Source of the DNA: Ignavibacteriota bacterium
GTDB lineage: Bacteria > Bacteroidota > Ignavibacteria > Palsa-1295
DNA length: 64,000 bases
Direction: 5' to 3'
Assembly: GCA_963776895.1 (NCBI GenBank)
Contig: CAVZOL010000009.1
Location: 394,704-458,703, forward strand
Shown: piece after piece, positions 57,161-64,000 of the stretch
Position numbering within the stretch: the first letter of the stretch is position 1
How the letters are laid out: every line of letters starts with the position of its first letter
Notes under the pieces: generated by a model
Databases searched by the model: none
Seen by the model: only the letters and a program-made list of their open reading frames with translations
Told to the model about the DNA's origin: nothing
Position numbers and translations under genes: made by a program

Positions 57161-57415
57161 TTAATTTTCCTGCCGATACGATTCCGGGATCAATAGCAAA
57201 TGAGGAGGGATTTTCAGGGCTTTTGCAATTCGAAGAAGACCGTCAAGACTCAACCGTTCATCGCTGCGCTCCACACGCGCTATGTAATTCGAGTGAAGAC
57301 CTACTTTCGCGGCCAATGACTCCTGCGTGAAACCAAGCTTCTTCCTGTAAGCTCGAATATTATTGGCAATTACCGCATGAAAATCCACTACCGGAATATA
57401 GGTGGAGATACACAA
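57161..57415 (-). CDS. XRE-family helix-turn-helix transcriptional regulator
   Basis: NNIRAYRKKLGFTQESLAAKVGLHSNYIARVERSDERLSLDGLLRIAKAL. TTG start at 57415. Confidence 0.8.
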   Translation of the reverse strand: MCISTYIPVVDFHAVIANNIRAYRKKLGFTQESLAAKVGLHSNYIARVERSDERLSLDGLLRIAKALKIPPHLLLIPESYRQEN

Positions 57416-57507
57416 TTCGAGGTGTCCGTTTCTCGGATAGTTCTAAGTTTTGTCGTATATTTGCATTCCGGAGTTCTTCATTTTTTCACTTATTTCTTAT
57501 AATCACT

Positions 57508-60500
57508 ATGAAAAAACTCATTTTGTGTACTTTCTTATGTTCGTTAATGTATGCTTCTCTTCATGCGCAGACAGCCCCGCGCGTGATGTCGTATCAGGGT
57601 GTGCTCCGACCGGCTGGGAACGCAGCGGGAAACCAGATAGCCGGGAACCGGATATTAACGGTTACGCTGTATGGCGATCCCAGCGGAACTGTTAAAATCT
57701 GGCAATCCTCAATAAATACGTCGGTCGATTCGAGCGGCTTATTCAACTGTCTGCTTGGGACGCCGGATAATCCTCTGCCTTCTCCGGCAGTGATGAACCA
57801 ACCGTTGTGGATCGGCGTAGCGGTCGATAGCGGCTCTGAAATGCGTCCGCTCTCACCACTTACCGCTGTGCCTTATGCAGTGAACGTGGCTGATTCTTCC
57901 ATAACTGCGGCGAAGATAGCAACCAACTATGTTTCGGCGGTTACGATAGATGGAACCCAGATTACAAGCCAAGGCAGTGCGCTGAATCTGTTATCCGGGG
58001 GCGGCATACAGTTTCAGTTCGATTCGTCATCGAATTCGGTGACGGCCAACTTAGCGCTTGCACCCATCGCGAACGATCTCAGCGGCTATGATTGGAGTGA
58101 GCATGGAAATACTCTTGGGTCTGACTTATTCACCCCATACCTTGGTACCTCTGATACCACCGATCTCGTAATCAAGACAGATGGCAGCGAAAGTATGAGA
58201 ATTCTCGGCCATGGAGGCGACACCCAAGGATATGTGGGAATTAATACTTCAACGCCCGTTTCAAGGCTGGAAGTGCTTCAAAGCAATTCTGCCACGACTG
58301 GCGTCCAAGACGTTGTTACTATTACCCGCGAAACCACTGGGACACCCGCCCCGACATTTGGCGCAGGTTGCCGTTCAGACTTGGTGTCAATGGCTCTTCT
58401 ACGCCTGTAGATGCTGCCCGCTTCCAAACATCTTGGAATGATGCCACATCTGCTGAGTATTCAAGTACCTTTGAACTTGACATTGCCTCCCGTGGAGTGC
58501 TTAGTCGTGAATTGAGAATCGATACCCATGACCAGACACTCAATAATGAGTTTGAGCAAAGGAATATTACCTTCGGTTTTAACAACGGCACGTCCGGAAA
58601 TACAATTGACACAAATATTAATGGTGGTACAATTTCTGGCGGAGGGGGTTTCACGGACGTAGGTGGTAGTGAATGGGACGATCATGGTGCCGACACCTTC
58701 AACTATGTAATTAGCGATTTCGGAACGGTAGGAGGTGGGTCAGGAAACACGGCAGGTTCAGACTCTGTCTCGGGTGCTCCTCAATTCCAATCAGTTGGAG
58801 GAGGTATCGAGAATAGAGCGGAAGGTGACGACGCTGCAATTCCGGGCGGAGAATTTAACACCGTGAGTGGAAATCATTCCGCAATAGGCGGAGGAAGCAC
58901 AAACATAGTAAGGGGTGACGAATCAACCATCTCTGGAGGAGCCAACAACACGGACAACGGCGCGGACGGTAGTATTACGGGCGGCCATTGGAACTATACC
59001 GATGGACAGTATTCCTCGGTTCTCGGAGGCAATCATAATCTCGCAGATGGATATTATTCTTCGATACTCGGAGGAGGCTATTTACAATTAGGCGATAGTA
59101 GCTTTGGGTTCAGCGCAGCCAGTGGATTTACTTATACGATTCCGCAGGCCACAAGCATAGGCTATTTCGGGAACGTCGATCTTTGGATCGGAAATGTGGA
59201 CAGTGTGGCGCGCGGTCTTCGATTTTATAGTCCGAATAATGATTTCTCGTATGGAAATACTTCCTACTTCAGTTCCTTCAAGGCCGGAGTCCAGACGGAT
59301 AGTATCCTATACACCTTACCAACATCTTTACCGACTACCGGGGAAGTGCTTGGTGCAGCCTCTGTCTCTCCACCGAACGTTACACTTTCATGGATGAGTG
59401 GTGGCGGAGGAGGCGCTGGATGGCAGCTTATGGGGAACTCCGTGTTCCACCACCATCCGATCATCTCGGTACTAATGATAACGTGGCGCTTGAAATTCAT
59501 GTGCACAATAACACGCTCGATACTACGGGTGGCAATCAGCGTGTGATGCAATATTCCGAAGGATCGAGTTCGCCCAACATGCTCGGCGGATCGAGCTTCA
59601 ATACGCTTGGACCGGGACTTACCGGCGCGGCGATCTTTTCCGGTGGAACGAAAGTGAATCCGAATATCCTGAATTTCACGGACACCTTTTCCGTTGTACT
59701 CTCTGGAACTGCGAACGTGATGGATTCATTTGCGCCGTATTCCGCAATTCTCTCCGGTCAAGGCAATCATATCGCGGGAGATACCACCGTCTCCGGATTC
59801 GGCTGGCATAATGGCTTCGATGTAATCGCGGGTGGCCAAAATAACTTTATGGGAGCATACCCGGGTGTTCGATCGGGCTTCAACTTCATTGGGAGCGGGG
59901 AGTCGGATACTATTGGATGGGGTTGCTATGATAATGTGATTGCGGGAGGAAAAGACAACCTTTTAGCGGATGCGTATGGCTCGATCGGGGGCGGAATCGG
60001 GAACCTGCTGAACGGTCCTGGAGCGCTATGTGTCATAGCGGGAGGGTATTACAACACGGTCGGCGGTGACATTTCCGTAAACGCCGGACCAATTTATGCA
60101 AGCTCCATCCTCGGTGGTGATTCGAATATGATTCGGCAGTATGCATCGTATTCAACGATTGCCGGTGGTACACATAACACGATCGACACCTCATCGCTTT
60201 ACTCGGCGATCGGTGGTGGAAGCGATAACTACATCGGCGGCACCCAGTTTACCCCCCAAATTGTTCCGCCCGAAGATACTTTTCCTGGCCCTAACAATGT
60301 TATTGCCGGTGGAGATTCAAATAGCATCCTTGGTGCATACAGCTCGATCGGTGGCGGACTTCAGAATACTATTTCTAAGTTTGTTTCTTTCGCTACGATT
60401 CCAGGCGGCGACAGTCTTATTGCCACGATCAATGCTCAGACCGTTATTGGAGAGTATAATGTTCCAACCTTTTCGTATGCCCCTCCTTTAGCTGTGGCAG

Positions 60501-61012
60501 ATGATGCGGAGTTCATAATTGGTAACGGTACTCCTGGCAATCGCTCAAATGGATTTACTGTCTCCTATGCTGGCTATTCCACCGCCTACGATACCATCGG
60601 TTCCGGAGGTGCAGATACCATTGGCGGCACACACTATCCCACGGCAACCGTGATGGGCTCCACTTACGCCCGTAACACGATCATTGCATGGGGGAATGTG
60701 GGACCGGTTCCGGGTCCGAAACCCTTAGATTCTGCAGATATAGGTGTATTTAATATTACTTATGACACTTCTACAGGAGAGTATAGCATTGTGCTCAATG
60801 TTAACGATCCGAACGGATTGGCTCATCAATTTAAACAGGGCCAATGTTCGGTTGTTGCCTCAATTACTCAGGGGTTATCTGGCACTCCGGGAATTATTGA
60901 GGTAACCTCGATCGATCCTGGAACCAGCACCTTTCATGTAAAGACATGGCCGCAGAGCAGCATGACACCAACTAATACGTTTGGATTCATGTTTCAAGTC
61001 GTTGCAAGATGA
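57508..61012 (+). CDS. Second phage-tail-fibre-like secreted protein, interrupted by two apparent -1 frameshifts near 58366 and 59445. It is split into ORFs 57508..58410, 58368..59546 and 59390..61012, so it is either a pseudogene or affected by sequence errors.
   Basis: The N-terminus is paralogous to 39442 (SYQGVL...). The sense continues across both junctions (TFGAG/LPFRLGVNG and GWQLMGN/PPPSDHLGTNDN). Confidence 0.65.
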
Positions 61013-61058
61013 TGATTATCGCGAGGCCCAGTGAATTTCCGGGCCTCGCAAAATTGTT

Positions 61059-62789
61059 ATGAAAAAAATTCTTACAATCGCCGTCCTGATGCTCCTGCCG
61101 ATTTGCGGCAGGGCGCAATGGCGTTTACTGAATGATTTTGATAAGAGATTGAATGTGGATATTCGTGTGGGTGTTTCGCTCGGTTCCATTTATTTTCTCG
61201 ATCTTCCAGGGCCGCCACGAATCGGATTTGCTGGGTTGTATGAGGATGGCATCGATAGCAATCAGGTTTGGAAAACTACCGATGGCGGATGGACGTGGTA
61301 CCCAGTTAGAGCTGCCTATCCTACATACCCACCCTTTGTTGGATTGCGCGTCTATGACTTTACCTTCAAGGATAGTTCCACCGGCTGGCTTGCGAATTAT
61401 TGGGCTGAGGGCGGAGTTGATATGACCACCGATGCGGGCGAAACATGGTCGTTAGTTCCTATGCCCTATGTGTCGAATCCTTGCTTTGCCATTTATTACC
61501 ATCACGCAACAGACCGGCTTTTCACCTCCTTTGCAGGAGATTGGCCCAGCACGGTTACTACGGATGATGGCGCTTCGTGGCAAAGTATGAATTTGTATTT
61601 TGGGGGATGCTCGTTCTCTGACGATTCGACAGGAATACTTTTAGCCACTGACGATCCAAATACTTCTGGTACAATTTATTATACTACGAATGGCGGCCAA
61701 ACCTGGATACCTTCTAACAGTTCCGTTCCAGACGGCTGCGTTCACCCACTTGCAATAAAAGGAACTAAAATATTTTTCATAGAGAACATTGGCGGCGAAG
61801 TGTCTCGAAGTAACGATGGCGGCCAAACATGGAATGAATTGTCTAGAGTATCCAGCATATCAGATGATCTTGCGGACGCAGCATTATATGGAGATATACA
61901 AAATATCTACGCTCAATCGTATGGAGGAGTTTTTGTTTCTAAGGATTCGGGAATGACTTGGCAAAGCTTGTGCGGTCCTGCCAATGGAATGCCGGGTGTT
62001 GGGAACCGAGTGGGTTTTTATGAACGGGATGGGCGCATATATGCCGGGGAAGATAACGACGCAACCGGAGGAAGACTTTGGTATTTGAACATAGATTCTC
62101 TCAACCTTTTCTCTTCTTCGCTTCATCCCACTCAAAGCACGACAAACGGCATGAGCGTTGTTTTTCAGCCGCAAATAGATTCCACCGTGGGTGTGGATAC
62201 CGTGCATTTTGCCATTCGGTATGATACGTCACTTTTGCTCAAATCGCTTACGCTTCCGGCAGGTTGGAATCTTCTTGATTCCAATTCCAATGGCAATGCA
62301 ATAAATATAACTATTTTCGATACATCGAGCACGGTAGATACGCCATCTGTTACGTTAAACTTTCAGCCGATTCTAACGCCATCAATCAATTCTGGCATGG
62401 TCTGGCTCGATTCAGCCAATCTCTATGGTAAGTGGATGAACTGCGATATTTATGCGCAATCCACATCGGCTCCCGATTCCATTCAACTTAATTTCATTCC
62501 AGCTTGCGGGGATTCTCTCATTCTTGCAGCTTTGAACGATTCGCTTCCATTTATCATCGAGAGCATTCAGCCGAATCCGGCGCAGGATGAGATTACTATT
62601 ACGCTATCCGGGAATGTGCAGCCGGAGATCGAGATGTACGATGCGTTGGGGCGGGCTCAGGACGTGCATAGCACGCCCCTGCCGTCGGGAGTTGCGGTGG
62701 ATGTTTCGGGTGTGCCGTCGGGCATTTATTTTATTCGGGTGTCGGCGGGTGGGTATGTGCAATCCCGGAGCGTGGTGGTGAATCATTGA
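61059..62789 (+). CDS. Secreted BNR-repeat protein with a cohesin-like module and a T9SS CTD (paralogue of 48178..50013)
   Basis: IYFLDLPGPPRIGF, QVWKTTDGGWTWY, and the C-terminus IQPNPAQDEITI...GIYFIRVSAGGYVQSRS. Confidence 0.78.
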   Translation: MKKILTIAVLMLLPICGRAQWRLLNDFDKRLNVDIRVGVSLGSIYFLDLPGPPRIGFAGLYEDGIDSNQVWKTTDGGWTWYPVRAAYPTYPPFVGLRVYDFTFKDSSTGWLANYWAEGGVDMTTDAGETWSLVPMPYVSNPCFAIYYHHATDRLFTSFAGDWPSTVTTDDGASWQSMNLYFGGCSFSDDSTGILLATDDPNTSGTIYYTTNGGQTWIPSNSSVPDGCVHPLAIKGTKIFFIENIGGEVSRSNDGGQTWNELSRVSSISDDLADAALYGDIQNIYAQSYGGVFVSKDSGMTWQSLCGPANGMPGVGNRVGFYERDGRIYAGEDNDATGGRLWYLNIDSLNLFSSSLHPTQSTTNGMSVVFQPQIDSTVGVDTVHFAIRYDTSLLLKSLTLPAGWNLLDSNSNGNAINITIFDTSSTVDTPSVTLNFQPILTPSINSGMVWLDSANLYGKWMNCDIYAQSTSAPDSIQLNFIPACGDSLILAALNDSLPFIIESIQPNPAQDEITITLSGNVQPEIEMYDALGRAQDVHSTPLPSGVAVDVSGVPSGIYFIRVSAGGYVQSRSVVVNH

Positions 62790-62897
62790 ACCACGATTCA
62801 TAGGATTTTCAGGATTAGGGAAGGCTGGGGAAAAAGTAAAACGTAAGAGGTCAGAGTTAAGAAGTAAAAAATGGGAGTCGTGAAAATAATTAAATTT

Positions 62898-63046
62898 TGT
62901 GGAACTCGGTGCAAAAGTTCATGAAAAGATGCGTTGAGTTCATGAACACTGTTCCAACACACGCACAAAAAGCACCAATTTCCGAAAGACAACTGGCTAA
63001 ATTAGCTCAAAAACGCCATAGTTCATGAAGCACAAATGTGTTTTTG
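62898..63046 (+). repeat. TTCATGAA-box element, copy 2
   Basis: The boxes lie at 62918, 62939 and 63022, with the same 21 and 83 bp spacing as copy 1. Confidence 0.85.
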
Positions 63047-63328
63047 ACCCCGATTCCTCGGATTATCAGAATTAGGGAGGATATGGGTATGCAGTATTAA
63101 TGTCGGAAGAAGTTGAGGCTTTTGGCTGATGCCTGTCTATCGGACACATAAAAGTTAATGCACTATTCAAGGATGGTCGGATGTTTAAGGTTTGTGACTA
63201 AAGATTACCGATTTGGAACACCCTCTGTTCCTATTAAAACTGCTTCTACCAGCCCTACTGCGAAAAATGGGCATCCCACTCCTACGAACGGACATTCATC
63301 GGCTGCCAACGGGCATTCTGCTTCTGTT

Positions 63329-64000
63329 ATGCTGCCGAGATCGCTGGCAGCTCATCATTCCGCTAAATTTCCGACGGGCCTCGATCTGATCCGCGATCCT
63401 GCTCTGAATAAAGGCCGGGCATTTTCTCCTGAAGAGCGCGAAATACTGGGACTTCGCGGCCTGTTGCCACCACGAGAGACGAAACTGGAAGATCAGGCTG
63501 CGTTTATCATCGAAAATGTTCGATCGAAAGCGACCGATCTCGACCGCTATAACAGCCTTATTTCGCTTCAAGACCGGAACGAGACGATGTTCTACCGCGT
63601 GCTGGTGGATAATCTTGCGGAACTGCTTCCAATCGTTTATACTCCGACAGTGGGCCTGGCATGCCAGCGATTTGGCAATATTTTCCGCCGCGCTCGCGGA
63701 ATGTATATCTCAGATGTGGATCGGGGCGATATTCGGAAGATCCTCAATAATTGGCCGGTGGACGATGTGCGCGTGATCGTCGTAACCGATGGCGAGCGCA
63801 TCCTCGGTTTAGGAGATCTTGGCGTGCATGGCATGGGTATCCCGATCGGGAAGCTTTCGCTCTATACCGCTTGCGCCGGAGTAAAGCCATCGCAGTGCCT
63901 GCCTGTTACGATCCGATGTCGGAACCAATAACAAGGAACTGCTCAACGATCCGAGCTATCTTGGCCTGATCCACGAGCGAATCCGAGGGGAAGCCTACGA
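63329..64000 (+). CDS. NAD(P)-dependent malic enzyme, with an apparent +1 frameshift near 63914. It continues beyond the window.
   Basis: [29 protein letters not shown]...[10 protein letters not shown]...[14 protein letters not shown]...LPVTI, then [18 protein letters not shown] in the next frame. The ORF is open from 63158, but the ATG at 63329 fits the orthologue N-termini better. Confidence 0.8.

Noticed and set aside
39442-61012. The tail-fibre genes, considered as evidence of a prophage or a contractile injection system.
   Set aside because: There is no capsid, portal, terminase, sheath, tube, baseplate, integrase or lysis gene anywhere in the island.
61021-61049. The hairpin gcgaggccc..gggcctcgc after gene A', considered as an intrinsic terminator.
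   Set aside because: It is followed by an A-rich rather than a T-rich tract, and the next start codon is 10 nt away. It may still be a stem-loop, but its role is unclear.

Overview
This 64-kb window is bacterial. I infer an FCB-group organism (Bacteroidota, Ignavibacteriota or Chlorobiota-like) from the many T9SS-type C-terminal sorting domains and the TAnnTTTG-like promoter boxes; the exact taxon cannot be determined from the sequence alone.

Layout:
- 1-9.9 kb: housekeeping and metabolic genes. These are partial pheS, pip, a PfkB kinase, an AtuA-family protein and tsaC/Sua5, plus one secreted BNR-propeller T9SS cargo.
- 10.0-21.2 kb, minus strand: a complete tuf-S10-spc ribosomal cluster (tuf, rpsJ through rpmD). 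It ends at a terminator after rpmD, with no rplO or secY. Its spacers are colonised by several families of short palindromic elements. uL5, uS3 and uL22 carry low-complexity extensions; the uL22 extension contains an 18-bp tandem repeat.
- 21.2-24.4 kb: a field of palindromes, then a cassette-like island of three type II toxin-antitoxin pairs (UPF0175/DUF3368, DUF433/DUF5615, HicB/HicA) and a lipoprotein gene, separated by repeated structured elements.
- 24.4-35 kb: a PorV/FadL-like barrel, a Gly/Tyr/Trp-rich lipoprotein, an esterase, a DUF4258/DUF2283 pair, acyP, an epimerase, a thioredoxin-TPR protein, rpe, a LacD-like aldolase and an ECF-type sigma factor.
- 34.9-36 kb: initiator tRNA-Met, a GIY-YIG ORF that reads into a D-arm-less second copy of that tRNA, then a DUF6883/DUF4926 pair.
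- 36-38.5 kb: gyrA.
- 39.4-62.8 kb: an island of very large secreted proteins. It holds two phage-tail-fibre-like proteins, two proteins built from Cys-paired beta-sandwich repeats, and five BNR/propeller T9SS cargos. Their CTD DNA shows recombination. A roughly 130-160-bp element carrying phased TTCATGAA palindromes occurs three times, and an XRE regulator lies next to one copy.
- 63.2-64 kb: a malic enzyme gene running off the window.

Caveat: at least six apparent single-nucleotide frameshifts occur, three of them in housekeeping genes. Sequence-quality problems are therefore as likely as true pseudogenes.

I saw no CRISPR array, rRNA gene, integrase, transposase or recognisable defence system.
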